From contig CM059431.1 in the NCBI GenBank assembly GCA_030390025.1, positions 94,862,001-94,926,000 of the forward strand: a DNA stretch of 64,000 bases, written 5' to 3'. The position numbers were made by a program, and so were the translations under genes. Shown here in pieces: positions 23,738-37,514 of the stretch. The notes under the pieces are model-generated. The model ran no database searches and was not told the origin of the DNA. It saw only the letters and a list, made by a program, of their open reading frames with translations. Position 1 is the stretch's first letter, and every line of letters begins with the position of its first letter. Source of the stretch: Squalus acanthias. Lineage: Eukaryota.

Positions 23738-24880
23738 ATGGGGGCTGTACTAACTCAGGGCGTCGTCCTCCAGCTTCACCTTCGGAGGCAGCAGAGGCGC
23801 AGAGAGAGAGTGGCAAACGTGGCCTGAGGGAGGGCCAACAGTCCTCTGCACAGGAGACCTTACCCTCCCAGGGTATTCTGGGTGCAATTCTCCTATATTC
23901 ATTTGTCCGAGGAGCAGTGTTTCCGCAGGCTACACTTCAGCAAGGAGGTGGTCACTGAGCTCTGCCACCTCCTGTAACCAGATCTGCAGCCTCAACTGAG
24001 GACCAGGACATCTCTGGCAGTGAAGGTGACAGTGACTTTGAATTTCTATGCCAGCGGCTCTTTCCAGGCTTCATTTGAGGACATAGCGAATATCTCCCAG
24101 TTCGCTGTCCATTGCTGCATCCGGGAGGTCACAAATGCTCTGTACAAAAGGAGAAGGCAGTACATCTCTTTCCCCATGACCCGGGACAAACAGCATGAAT
24201 GCACATGTGGCTTTGCTAGGATAGCAGACTTCCCCATGGTTCAGGGCACCATTGACTGCATGCATGTGGCATGAAAATGCAGAGGTTTTCTGAAACCGCA
24301 AGGGCTTCCACTCTCTGAACGACCAGTTGGTGTGCGCATCCTTGCCGTCAATGCCCGCTATCCTGGCAACAGCCACGATGTTTTTATCCTGTGCCAGACT
24401 GGTGTCCCAGACCTCTTCCAACCACCGCGCCAACCTCATGGCTGGCTCCTCGGGGACAAGGGTTATCCACTCTGCACCTGGCCGATGACACCGCTCCGTA
24501 ACCGCAACACGCCTGCTGAGCTCGTATACACTGAGAGCCATAGCACCACCAGGAACCTCATTGAACAGACGATCGGTGTCTTGAAACAAAGGTACCGATG
24601 TCTTGACCACTCTGGAGGAGCCCTGCAGTATTCTCCTGAGCGAGTCTCACTTTTCATTGTTGTGTGCTGCATGCTTCACAACCTTGCAATTATGAGGATG
24701 CAGCCATTGCCACCAGGGATTGGTTCACCACCTCAGGAGGAGGACGATGAAGAGGAGGAGGAGGAGGAGGCGGAGGAGGAGGAGGAAGAGGAGGATGAGC
24801 AGCAACAATGTGGGAGGGAGGCGCTCAATGTTGCCTTTCCAAGGGCCATCCGTGAACGACTGATAAGACACTGCTTCTAA
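23738..24880 (+). pseudogene. Harbinger DDE transposase (HARBI1-like), disrupted
   Basis: LNFYASGSFQ, GTIDCMHV, LLGDKGYP, RNLIEQTIGVLKQRYRCL, CCMLHN, acidic tail; premature stops and frameshifts. Confidence 0.92.
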
Positions 24881-25171
24881 CAAATGACAGAGAAGATGGC
24901 TTCTGGGATGAAGAAGCACATCATCGCAAGCATTCCGCAGTCCCTATTGCCGAGAAAATCTCCAATGAGGCAAATCAGCAAAGTTGTAAAGTTCCAATAA
25001 AACTTTTAATTTATATTACAAACTTATTTATTCAGGATAAACAATTAGAAACAAACCCAACAATGCATAAACTAACAAAACTTGTTCTTACCACATCGAT
25101 ATAAGCGTCAAAACAGTAAACAAATATATTAAGATGAACATCAAACTTCCCACAAATATTCCCCCCATTTA

Positions 25172-26753
25172 TTAATAATTTTTACTTTTTGCCCTTCGAG
25201 GGTGATCTCCATCCCCTGTGCACTTCCCCCTTCCCATCCTACTGCTTCTCCGTAATGTGGCCCCAGTGGCTGCAGCAAGGCTGGCGGAAGGCTGCTGAAT
25301 GTTGGATCCAGAGACTGGAGATGGCCTTGAAGGACGCCCTCCACCAGCTCTGGGCCTGGAGGGCCCGGCTGCAGACTGCATCAACTCTACATGGGCGGCA
25401 GCAGTCTGGGCTGGCTGTGTTACAGGCCATGGCAAGTGCAATGGGGAAGTGGCAGTGGTGGGAGCAGGAATGCTGTCATCCTGAGAGAGGACAGCACCTT
25501 CCTGCTCGACCGACACACTGCCACTCCCCCGGGGCAGTACCTCAGCATCCGGAGCAATCTGCTCGAGCACAGATTGCTGGCCTGCTGCGGTACTGTGAGA
25601 TCTCCAGTGGACTGTGGGTGACCCAGCGAGGATGGCAGCAGTCAGCACTTGCTTGACATCAATCTGAGACTGCATGGGAGCAGTCTGAGACTGGATGGCA
25701 CCAGCCAATGACTCGATTGCAGCACTAAGCCATTGCGTTGCGTCAGCCTCTGCTGCAATGGATCCTGCCACCTCACCCATTACACGCGGCATGGGGTCTG
25801 GGTCCCCACGGTCTCCCTGCAATTCAACCATCCTCTGCAACGAGGCAAGGATGGGTTTAACGGTTTGCGCACAGATGACAGCTGTGCTGGCGGCGGACTC
25901 CTCCACGCTCCTAGCCAGTGTATCCATGCTGTCGGGCACCCTTGTCATTGCACCCATGAGCTTAGTGTGCATGCTCAAGGCCTGCGTATTCATGGCCACG
26001 ATGTTGAGGTCCTCATCCGAGTCCTGTGCAGCAGAACTCGTGCACCTACTCACCCTCTGGGGAGATGGCCCCCGAGCTTCCCTTCCCCTATGGCGTTGCT
26101 GCAGCCCGCTGGGTCCCGGAGCTTCGCCCTCATCAGACCCTAACCCCCTGCTCCCCTCCAGGGAACGCGTGGCCCCTCTGGTGCATCGCTGCCACTGGCA
26201 GGTTGAGGGACAGGCTGGTCAGCTGGTGGTTCACTATCTGAAAGCAGGAAGGTACAAGAGTGGCTTTAGCATGAGGGCAGAGAGGCAGGAAGGGAGCAAG
26301 GACTGGAAACAGTTAGTTAGATTGAAAGTGTAAAAGGCTGGTGTTGTGAGGGGGAAGTGGTATGAGAGAGGAGAGAAAGCTGATGAACAAACCGTTGCTG
26401 TGGGATGTGCATGTGAGTTTTATGAGATGGCCATGGTTGCTGGATGACAGTTGGGCATTTGGATATTTACACCGTCTGGGCACAGAGTGAAGTTGAGATG
26501 GTGGGATGGAGAGGTATTGAAAAGCAGGTACTCACCCTGACCACCCGAGTGAGGTCGTTGAACTTTTTACGACTCTGTGTATGTGTCCTCTGCACCAGGC
26601 TCCGCGATGACACATGCTGGGCTACCTCCCTCCAGAGTCTTCTAAACTCGCTGGAAGGAGCACTGCCTGTCACCATTGAACTGCGCCAACCAGAGCCACC
26701 AATACCTGATCGCTAAAGCGCCGAGCTCTCTCCCTGGGCCCCTGAGTATCCAT
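25172..26753 (-). pseudogene. Harbinger Myb/SANT-like (trihelix) DNA-binding gene, spliced, disrupted
   Basis: MDTQGPRERARRFSD...LWREVAQHVS...RTHTQSRKKFNDL; GTGAGT donor after 26536; TTTCAG acceptor before 26237; exon 2 largely deleted. Confidence 0.85.
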
Positions 26754-26861
26754 CACTTGTTTAAGCTGAGTAGGTGTTTGCAGGCCGAGGTTCAACGCTG
26801 CAATGAGCAGGGTGTGGCTGGCCATCAAGATGGCCCCTCCCCTTTAAGAACCGGACTGTCT

Positions 26862-27747
26862 GGGGGAAAAATTCAGTTGGTTGCGCCTCCCGTTAGCGCC
26901 TTAAGAGGGCGCTAATGGGGCGCAAAGCATCTAGCGCCCAGGTGCGGCGATGTTTGCGCCACTCACGAAATTAACTAAACATTTTGCGGCGGCGCTAAAC
27001 ACTACCGCCACGATCTCCTGCGCCGGCAGATCGTGACGTCAGTCGAGTGCGCAACGCCCCGGTATCGCCCCGGAGCGGATATTCAGTGGCGCCCCCCTGC
27101 CTTACCGCCTGCCGCTAGCAACGACAGGTTGAGGGGAGTGTTTTGCAGTCATGAAGGGACTGGAGGAGCGCTATTTAAAGGCGACCGCTTCTTGCCTTTT
27201 TTTGTTTGTGACATTTTTGAACCACGCATTCTGAGAGAGAGACTTCTGGAGAGATTCAACGCTGTGTGAAGGAGTTTTGGGTACTGAGCAGCACTTTGCA
27301 GGTTCATTTTGATTTGCCCTTCCTTGTATCAATTTAGAAGAGATTGTGGGGGCTGCACTCTGAGCTCTTTCCCTGGTACTCTCCATTGTTCTTTCCAGCA
27401 GATTTGATGTGCAGGTCTCTCCAGGCCGAGATTCAAGGCTGCAATGAGCAGGATGTGGATGGAAAGTAAGATCAACCATCCCCTTTAAGAACTGGCCGGG
27501 GCCATTGTGTGTGTGTTCCATCGCTGACTGACATCACATGAGCTTCGCCAGCGCTCTGAGGTAGCGCCTCCCTCCTCGGCCTTTGCACCTTAAGACAGGT
27601 GTGAAGCACCTGATTTAGCACTCCAATCACCTCCAGGGACGATAAAAGTCAAGTTTGCAGTCGGTGGCGATAATTAGCGCCAGGTGCTAATCTTAGCGCC
27701 CGGCCGATAATTGCGCCCCAAATGGGGCGATACTGAATTTCTCCCCC
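26862..27747. mobile_element. Harbinger non-autonomous element nested in transposon 1
   Basis: TIRs GGGGGAAAAATTCAGT...ACTGAATTTCTCCCCC; TSD TCT/TCT; inverted relative of 14322-15214. Confidence 0.92.
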
Positions 27748-28691
27748 TCTGAGTTCCAGGGTAACTGACATCGCCTGAGCTTCGGTAGCGTTCTGAGGTA
27801 GCGCCTCGCTCTCTGACGTTTGCGCCTTAAGAGAGGTGTGTAGCGCCTGATTTAACGCTCAAATCATCTCCGAGGCGATGGAGGCAAATTTTGCGGTCGG
27901 CGGCGATAATTAGCGCCGGGCGCTAAACTTTGCGCGTAGCCGATATTAGCGCCCCAAAATGGGTGATACCCAATTGTTCCCCCATTGTTCCCAAAGCTTT
28001 CCACCACTGGAAATTTTCTATAATTAGTCAACAACTCCATTATCATTGTTTCTTGCGACTACCAGAACAGAAGAAGGCAAACTCGGTGGATCTTGGTCTT
28101 TTTTCGTCTAATTCCAATTGAAAACATTACCAGAGGGATAATCAAACTCTCAGAATTGAAATCTCTAGACTTCATTCATCTCCATTTACCAGCTCGATAT
28201 AAAGAGCTATTGATGCAAGAACACAGCAGTGCTACTGCTGACAAACACTGTCCCTTCCTCCCAGTCCACTGATTTTTTTTAAGAAGAGAGTACTACACAA
28301 GGGTTCTTGTTATTTTCCTTAAATTCACTGCAGGCCCATGGGGAACTCCAGTTCAGAGAGTTCTCTCTCCCCCTCACCACAGAGCAATGACAATGAAACA
28401 AATCATTCATAGTTGAAGACAGTCACCCATTAGAAAAAACATAGGCCTAGAAATTGGATAAGGCCCGAAAACGGGCGGCAGCATTTCGCAGTGCGATGTG
28501 CCTGCGCCCATTCAAAGTGGTGCAGGCATCACGCATCACGCAAAATCTGTGCTGCCTGCTCGTTATAATGATTGCAGCACTGATCTCGGGTGCCGTCTAC
28601 TGGCCAATAAAGTTTGGCCTAGGCTCTCTGCACTACTTAAAGGGGAGGTGCTTTGTTGCAGAAGCTCCTCATTGTCAGTGTGGATAAAGCC

Positions 28692-30487
28692 ATGGCCCAA
28701 AAGTCAAGAGAAAGGGCAAGAATATTTTCTGATGTGGCACTGGAGGCCTTGTTCCTGGGGGTACAAAGACGCTGTGAGGTCCTCTACCCACAGGGGAGAA
28801 GGAGGCCTTTAAGGCTGAACACCAAAAGGCTGTGGGAGGCGATAGCTGAAGCCGTCACTGCGACGAGTGTTGTCCCCAGGACCTGGATCCAGTCGCAAAA
28901 AGTTTAAAAACCTCACACGAGTGGTCAAGGTGAGTGAATGCATCATCAAATGCCATATCTCACCATCTGCACCACAAGCCTCACACAATGCTCAATGCAC
29001 CACAGCCCCATCACTCACCTACCAACAATCTCTAGCAATCACCACTCATACCTCACAATCATAGCTTCACTTCAACCTCACACACTTACCACTGTCGCAA
29101 CACTCACACCCATGTCTCACACCTTGCACACACTGCCAGCTATTTAACTATGGCAGGCACATCACCCAAATACATTGCACCACACTCACTGACACACTTT
29201 CCATTCTCTTGCAGGCAAAGGTGGCTCATAATCGCCAGGAGCAGCAGCAGACGGGTGGAGGGCAGGCCAGACTTCAGAATCTCACGGAGCTGGAGGAAGC
29301 AGTTCTGGACATCATTAGAGGGGCAGTCACTGAGTCCGTGGTGAGCGGGGAAGTGGAAAGCAATGCTGATGATGGCTGTCTGCTCATACCTAATCCTTCT
29401 TCTCACATCCCACTTCCCCTTATCGCACAATCTCTTCTTACTTACAAGCTGCTGATGGTGTATACATGGATATCTTGCTTTCCACCCCCTCACCACAACC
29501 TGACCCTTGTGCCTTTCTCCTTTCAGATACCCAAGAACTGCCAGTAGCCCAGCCCGTCCATGAAGTGATGGAGGAGAAGAAGATGACACACCGGCACTGC
29601 ATCTGACGCTCGCAGACACCAGCTCAGGAAATGGCACTGCGTGTAATTTAGAGGGTATAGAGGTGGGAGTGGTGAGTCACTGAGCACGAGTGGCCTGCAG
29701 CCAGGCCAGGGGAAAGGCTAGCGCAGGTGCCAGCTCCCCGAAGGGCGAGGTCGCTCACGAGTTCTGCTGCACAAGACTCAGATGATGACCTTGATGGGAC
29801 AGCCTTCAGAAGAAGGGTGATGGACATGCACACAGAAATGCTAGGTGCAATGGCAGGCCTGCCAGAGAGCCTCTTGTCAGTGTCAAGGAGCATGGAGGAG
29901 ACCGGCTCCAACATTGCACGAGGCTTTGCGCGGAGCTTGGAGCCCGTAATGAAATGATGGGCAACTACATGAGAGACGTTGTGGACCCAGCCATGATGCT
30001 GGGTGTGATGGGCGATGTGGCAGCTTCCAATGCAGCATAGACGGAACCGACCTAATGTCTCAGTGCTGCAGTGGAAGCTGAGACTGCTGTCATCGCGGCT
30101 GGGTTTACGAGTGTGGAAAGGGGTTTGCAGGATCTCACAGCACTCCAGCAATCTGTCCTCCAACAGATGGCTAGGAATGCTGAGAATGCTGGGGATGTGG
30201 CAGTAGCTCAGTGGAGCAAAAACTTGCTATCCTCTCTCAGGATGACAGCATTCCTACTTCCACCACTGCCTGTTGCCCATGCCGGGGTGGTGCAGTCTAC
30301 AGCCGGGCCTCCTACGCACAGAGCTGCTCGAGGTCATCCTGCGAGGCTATCTGCAGTCTCCCCCATTGAAAGTCAGCAGCCTTCCACCAGCCATGCTGCA
30401 GCCAATTGGGGAGCACTTTGTAGGAGCCCTAGTGTAGGAAAGGGTACACGAAAGACAGACACTAAGGGAATGCACAAGGGTGATTAG
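28692..30487 (+). pseudogene. Harbinger Myb/SANT-like gene, three exons, disrupted
   Basis: MAQKSRERARIFSD...LWEAIAE...KKFKNL; donor after 28929; acceptors before 29215 and 29527; SAAQDSDDDLDG motif. Confidence 0.85.
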
Positions 30488-30649
30488 TTGACTTTGTTCC
30501 TTTGATTTGCATTTGATAAATTTATTAATTATGTTTGAAATTTGTGTTTTGTGGTGGCTCTCATCTCAGCTTTGTGCCCAGGAGGACATTGTGAATTCTG
30601 TGACAGAGGGATGGTAAGATGGGGAAGTGGTGAGCAATGGGGATCTGGA

Positions 30650-31805
30650 GTTTCAATCACTGGAGTCTTATGAGGTGCTCACGGGCAGCCCGTCCGAATG
30701 GGAATCTGCTGCCTGCCTCCTCCCTTCTTTCTCCTCTTCCTATTCCTCCTCTTTCTCTTTCTCTACCTCCTCCACCTCCTCCTCTGGTCCCGGAACCCGT
30801 GGTGGCAAGGGCTGCGCCATCATGATGGCCAAGTTGTGGCGCATGCAGCAGACCACCACGAAATGGGACACCCGTTCTAGCATGTACTGGAGGGCTCCTC
30901 CTGAGCAATAATAGCAGCGGAAACATTGCTTTAGCACCCCGATGGTCTGCTTGATGCTGTTCCTCATGGCAGCATGTGGTCATTATATGAGTGCTGGTCA
31001 CGACTGGTGGGATTGTGGAGGGGAATCATCAGCTAGCTGTAGAGCGGATAGCCCTTGTCTCCGAGCAGCCATTCTTGGGTTTGACGTGGTGGCTGGAAGA
31101 TTGCTGATGCAGGATGAAGGCATCGTGACTGCTGCCAGGATACCGGGCATTCACCATCATGATGTGCTGGGGGTGGTCGCACTACTGCACATTAAGAGAG
31201 TGGTAGCTTTTGTGGTTGCGGAACATCTCAGGATTGATATGTGGTGCCCGTAAAGCCACTTGTGTGCAGTCGATGGCACCCTGCACCATGGGAAAGCTCG
31301 ATATCCTGGCAAAGCCACATGCGTGTTCCTCCTGCTTCTCTCTGTTGAGAGAGAAGACAATGAAGTCCCTTCTCCTGGAGTAGAGAGCCTCTGTGACCTC
31401 CCGGATGCAGCGATGGACGGCGAAATGGGAGATGTTATGTCTCCCGCTCCAGACTGGAAGGTTCCGGTGGCAAAAAAATTGAGGGCCACGGTGGCCTTGA
31501 GAGCCACTGAGAGAGCCATGGTCACCCTGCTCTGAGGCTGCAGGTCTGGTTGCAGGAGGTGGCAGAGTTGTGTGACCACCTCCTTGGTCAAGCGGAGCCT
31601 CCTAATACACTGCTCCTGGCTTAAGTGCAGGTAGGGGACGTGCTCTCTGAAGACCCTAGGTGGGTAAGGCCTCCTGATGAAAGCCCTCCTGCCCCTCCTG
31701 CCCCTCCTCCTCCTCCCTCTGCGAGCATCTTGTCATCGCTGCCTCCGCTCCATCTCCTTGTCATACTCGAGCGTGAGGGGGACTGCAAGTAACTGGGAGC
31801 AAATG
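30650..31805 (-). pseudogene. Harbinger DDE transposase, disrupted
   Basis: ALNFFATGTFQ, GAID, LGDKGYP, IKQTIGVLKQCFRC, CCMRHN, acidic tail. Confidence 0.9.
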
Positions 31806-32344
31806 GTGTGAGCAGAACCCTTTAAATGAGAATCGATGCATTCCCCAACTGCAGCAACACTCCCCGTCACCTCACCAACTTTGAACAACTCTGGAAAGCT
31901 CCAGACAGTTGCACAAATTTAGACAGAGCCGGTAGAACTGGAAAAGCAAGTCAGCTGCAAGTGGTGGATGATCCCTTTAAATAGCGCTGCTGGGGGCTCC
32001 ATCCTGCTGCTGAACGCTTGGTCAGCTCGTTGTGATTCGGAGAGGGCGTTGAATGGAGTGGCAACTCGAAAATGACAGATCGTGCATCAAATCAGCATTG
32101 CATACTCATTGACATCATGATCTGTCTCATCTAAATATCTGGAGCGAGCGCAGGCAATGGCAGCGCTGCCAATCTGCTCGAAATGGCGGCCGCCGTACGA
32201 CCCGCCAGAAGCGGGCGGGAGCGAGACGGCCGCCATGTTTTCTTCCAAACCGACCTTAACGGTCGGCGGTTAAGGCTTCAATTTTGTGGCCACTGACTTA
32301 AAAGAAATTGACTTTCTCCTTCTAAAAATGCACCGAGTCTTTCA

Positions 32345-33320
32345 GTTTTATCATCAGTGAACAGCCCTACTTTGGACCTAATGATGGAGGGAAGGTTATT
32401 AATGAAGCAGCTGAAGATTGTGGGGCCTAGGACACTGTCCTGAGGAATTCCTGCAGTAATGTCCTGGGCTGAGTTGATTGGCCTCCAACAACCATAACCA
32501 TCTTCCTTTGTGCTAGGTATAACTCCAGCCAGTGGAAAGTTTTCCACTTAATCCCCATTGGCTTCAGTTTTACTAGGGCTCCTTGGTGTCATTCCCAGTC
32601 GATGTCCAGGCAGTCAATCTCACCTCACCTTTGGAATTCAGCTCTTTTGTCTATGTTTGGACCAACACTGTAATGAGGCCGGGAGCTGAGTTGTCCTGAC
32701 GGAATCCAAACTGAGAATTAGTGAGCAGGTTATTGGTGAGCATGTGCCACTTGACCGCACTGTTGACGACTCCTCCATCAATTGCTGATGAGTAAGAGTA
32801 GGCTGATTGGACAGTAATTGGCCAGATTGGATTCGTCCTACCTTTAGTGGACAGAACATACCTGGGCAATTTTCCACACTGTCGGTTAGATGCCAGTGTT
32901 GTAGCTGTACTGGAACAGCTTGGCTAGAGGTGCGGTTAGTTCTGGAGCACAGTTCTGGAGAACACCTGGAGTTCTTCAGCAGTACAGCCGGGATGTTTTC
33001 GGGACCCGTAGCCTTTGCTGTGTCAGTGTACTCAGCCATTTCTTTATATCATATGGAGTGAATCGAATTGGCTGGAGACTGTCATCTGTGATGGTGGGGT
33101 CCTCAGGAGGATGCCGAGAAGGATCATCCACTTGGCATGACTGACAATGGCTGACAATGGTTGCAAAGACTTCAGCCTTGTCTTTTTGCATTCACGTGTT
33201 GGGTTCCGCCATCATTGAGGATGGGGTTGTTCATGGAGCCTCCTCTTCCCATTCGTTACTTATAAATCCATCACAACTGGACTGCAGAGTTTTGACCTGA
33301 ACCGTTGGTTATGGGATAGT
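32345..33320 (-). mobile_element. Second-family LINE RT fragment
   Basis: QFGFRQDNSAP, PQDSVLGP, FTDD; homologous to 18131-18640. Confidence 0.85.
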
Positions 33321-33322
33321 TT

Positions 33323-33830
33323 GGGGGCAATTTTAACCCTTAATGCGAGGTGGGGGAGGAGGGTGGTGGGGTGTTACAAATAAAAGAATGAGAAACCCTA
33401 CCACAACCTGCATCCAACTCACCCACTTGAGGTTTTAACGGAGGTGGGTCGGGGGCGGGTGATGAACTTGCTCTCAGGAGACGGGTCGAACACTAACATT
33501 TTTTAAGGAGGCTGCGTGCCTCCACTTCAAATTAAGTTTTATTCGTAACACCTGCAGGCTGTGAGTCCTGTGCCTCGGGAATCCCAGAAGATGAAAGGAA
33601 GCGAGAAGGATCGGATCCATCTGATAAGTGCCTTTACTGCACTGCTTTTGGGCTAAGAGGAGCAGCAGTGCTTCCCCGGTCCACCAAGATTACCTTTTAA
33701 ACATCCCACGATGGGACCCCCACAACCAGCCAACCCACCACTGATGTTTGACTCCCCCCACCCTCCATAATGGCCGACATCCGCCCCGATGTCCCATTCA
33801 ACCCCGAGAAACCCAATTCCCTTCACCACC
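33323..33830. mobile_element. Left part of a Harbinger-like MITE running into the 26-bp array; no right TIR found
   Basis: Starts GGGGGCAATTTT, like the 13719 terminus; degenerate proto-units near 33705 and 33785. Confidence 0.5.
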
Positions 33831-36800
33831 CCACGATGTCCGATTCCCCCATTCCCCCACGCTGTCCGATTCCCCCATTCCCCCGCGATGTCCGATTAAC
33901 CCATTCCCCCGCGATGTCCGATTCCCCCATTCCCCCTGCGATGTCCGATTCCCCCATTCCCCACGATGTAAAATTCCTCCATTCCCCCACGATGTCCGAT
34001 TACCCCATTCCCCCACGATGTCCGATTCCCCCATTCCCCCACGATGTCCGATTCCCCATTCCCTCACGATGTCCGATTCCCCCATTCCCCCACGATGTCC
34101 GATTCCCCCATTCCCCCACGATGTCCGATTCCCCCATTCCCCCACGATGTCCGATTCCCCCATTCCCTCACGATGTGCGATTCCCCCATTCCCCCACGAT
34201 GTGCGATTCCCCCATTCCCCCACGATGTCGGATTACCCCATTCCCCCACGATGTACAATTCCCCCATTCCCCACGATGTCCGATTACCCCATTCCCCCGC
34301 GATGTCCGATTCCCCCACGATGTCGAATTACCCCATTCCCCCACGATGTACAATTCCCCCATTCCCCACGATGTCGAATTACCCCATTCCCCCACGATGT
34401 ACAATTCTCCCATTCCCCACGATGTCCGATTCCCCCATTCCCCCACGATGTACAATTCCCCCATTCCCCACGATGTCCGATTACCCCATTCCCCCGCGAT
34501 GTCCGATTCCCCCATTCTCCCATGATGTCGAATTCCCCCATTCCCCCACGATGTCCTATTACCCCATTCCCCCACGATGTACAATTACCCCATTCCCCCA
34601 TGATGTACAATTCCCCCATTCCCCCGCGATGTCCGATTCCCCCATTCCCCCTCGATTTCCGATTCCCCCATTCCCCCACGATGTCCGATTCCCCCATTCC
34701 CCCTCGATTTCCGATTACCCCATTCCCCGCGATGTCCGATTCCCCCATTCCCCCACAATGTCCGATTCCCCCATTCCCCACGATGTCTGATTATCCCATT
34801 CCCCCACGATGTCCGATTATCCCATTCCCCCACGATGTCCGATTATCCCATTCCCCCACGATGTCCGATTATCCCATTCCCCCACGATGCCCAATTACCC
34901 CATTCCCCGAGATGTCCGATTCCCCCATTCCCCCATGATGTCGGATTACCCCATTCCCCCACGATGTCCGATTACCCCATTCCGCCATGATGTCCGATTC
35001 CCCCATTCCCCGCGATGTCCAATTCCCCCATTCCCTCGCAATGTCCGATTCCCCTATTCCCCCACGATGTCGGATTACCCCATTCCCTCACGATGTCGGA
35101 TTACCCCATTCCCCATGATGTCCGATTACCCCATTCCCCCACGATATCCGATTACCCCATTCCCCCATGATGTCCGATTCCCCCATTCCCCCACGATGTC
35201 CGATTCCCCCATTCCCCCGCGATGTCCAATTACCCCATTCCCCCACGATGTCCTATTACCCCATTCCCCCACGATGTCCTATTACCCCATTTCCCCACAA
35301 TGTCCGATTCCCCCATTCCCCCATCATGTCCGATTACCCCATTCCCCAGTGATGTCCGATTACCCCATTCACCGGCGATGTCCTATTACCACATTCCCCT
35401 GCAATGTCCAATTACCCCATTCCCTGCGATGTCCTATTACCCCATTCCCCCGCGATGTCCGATTCCCCCATTCCCCCACGATGTCCGATTCCCCCATTCC
35501 CCACAATGTCCCATCACCCCATTCCCCCACGATGTCCCATCACCCCATTCCCCTACAATGTCCGATTACACCATTCCCTGCAATGTCCGATTCCCCCATT
35601 CCCAGTGAAGTCCGATTGCCCCATTCCCCCACGATGTCCGATTACCCCATTCCCCCGCGATGTCCGATTACCCCATTCCCCGCGATGGCCGATTACCACA
35701 TTCCCCCACGATGTCCTATTACCCCATTCCCCCACGATGTCCTATTACCCCATTCCCCCGCGATGTCCGATTCCCCCATTCCCCGCAATGTCCGATTACC
35801 CCATTCCCCTACGATGTCCGATTCCCCCATTCCCCCACGATGTCCGATTCCCCCATTCCCCTGCGAGGTCTGATTATCCCATTCCCCCGCGAGGTCTGAT
35901 TACCCCATTCCCCCATGATGTCCGATTCACCCATTCCCCTGCAAGGTCCGATTCCCCCATTCCCCTGCGAGGTCCGATTCCCCCATTCCCCGCGATGTCC
36001 GATTACCCCATTCCCCTGCGATGTCCGATTACCCCATTCACCTGCGAGGTCCGATTCCCCCATTCCCCGCGATGTCCGATTACCCCATTTCCCTGCGAGG
36101 TCCGATTCCCCCATTCCCCACGATGTCCGATTCCCCCATTCCCCTGCGATGTCCGATTCCCCCATTCCCCCACAATGTCCAATTCCCCCACGATGTCCGA
36201 TTACCCCATTCCCCCACAATGTCCGATTCCCCCATTCCCCCACAATGTCCGATTCCCCCATTCCCCTGCGATGTCCAATTCCCCCATTCCCCCACTATGT
36301 CCGATTACCCCATTCCCCCATGATGTCCGATTCCCCCACGATGTCCGATTACCCCATTCCCTCACGATGTCCGATTACCCCATTCCCCCATCATGTCCTA
36401 TTACCCCATTCCCCCATCATGTCCGATTACCCCATTCCCCCACGATATCCGATTACCCCATTCCCCAGTGATGTCAGATTCCCCCACGATGTCCGATTCC
36501 CCCATTCCCCCACGATGTCCAATTACCCCATTCCCCCACGATGTCCTATACCCCATTCCCCCATCATGTCCTATTACCCCATTTCCCCACAATGTCCGAT
36601 TACCCCATTCCCCCATCATGTCCGATTACCCCATTCCCCAGTGATGTCCGATTATCCCATTCACCGGCGATGTCCTATTACCCCATTCCCCTGCAATGTC
36701 CAATTACCCCATTCCCTGCGATGTCCTATTACCCCATTCCCCCGCGATGTCCGATTACCCCATTCCCCCACGATGTCCGATTCCCCCATTCCCCTACAAT

Positions 36801-36880
36801 GTCCGATTACACCATTCCCTGCAATGTCCGATTCCCCCATTCCCAGTGAAGTCCGATTACCCCATTCCCCCACGATGTCC
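33830..36880 (+). repeat. 26-bp C-rich satellite (CCCCCACGATGTCCGATTCCCCCATT)n, ~3 kb
   Basis: Periodicity 26 (34091, 34117) with 25-bp and deletion variants. Confidence 0.97.
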
Positions 36881-37514
36881 GAAACCCCTTACAACCTCAT
36901 CCCAGGAAAATGTGTTGGAGGTTGGGTGAACACCAAGGGATGGGCAGAAAACCCACTCCACCATAAAAGCACCTAGTCTCGGAAACAGCTGGCCTCTTGG
37001 AGAAGGGGCTATGAAAAGAAGGCAAAGAAAAGCTTTTTAATAAGGAGCATAAAATGCAGTCCGGAATGTTTTGCCAGGATAGTTTATGGCTTGGATTTGC
37101 TGCTCAGCAACTTTTCTTTCCACTTGCAAAATATGGTGTGTTGCTGTGAAATATGAGTCTTTTCCCAATGTTTTTGTGCTAAATCCCTATCCTACCTTTG
37201 TGTTGCTTCAGTCAGGACCAGTTATCAGAACAGTGAAGACAGTGTCCTACTGACAGTTAACATTAGCAAAAGCATTATTAAATATGAAAATGAATAGATA
37301 CAAGACAAAGCATCCCTTGTTACAACCCATCCTCCCATGATAATATTGCTCTTGCTATCTACCGATTATGTTTGAAGTGCACAAATGGATTTTGTAACTC
37401 TAATCAAGTGCAGCGTGTAGCTTTTATGCTGCAATTGGTAGTGATGAAACTGTAGAAGGTAATCACTTATTCTCAGAATTGAGCCCATGTGATGATCTCA
37501 TTTCACAATGTGGA

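Larger units (their letters stand above)
23294..27983. mobile_element. PIF/Harbinger transposon 1 (two-gene, decayed)
   Basis: TIRs GGGGGAAAAATT...AATTGTTCCCCC; TSD ATT/ATT; convergent transposase and Myb/SANT genes. Confidence 0.92.
28444..32291. mobile_element. PIF/Harbinger transposon 2 (two-gene, decayed, opposite orientation to 1)
   Basis: Imperfect TIRs GGCCTAGAAATTG...CAATTTTGTGGCC; convergent genes; TSD unclear (ATA/ACT). Confidence 0.85.

Noticed and set aside
23738..31805. Host domesticated genes HARBI1 or NAIF1/MSANTD
   Set aside because: Copies lie inside TIRs, are multiple and carry stops and frameshifts, so they are transposon genes
33748..36976. Long Pro-rich ORFs
   Set aside because: Translations of the 26-bp satellite, open in many frames
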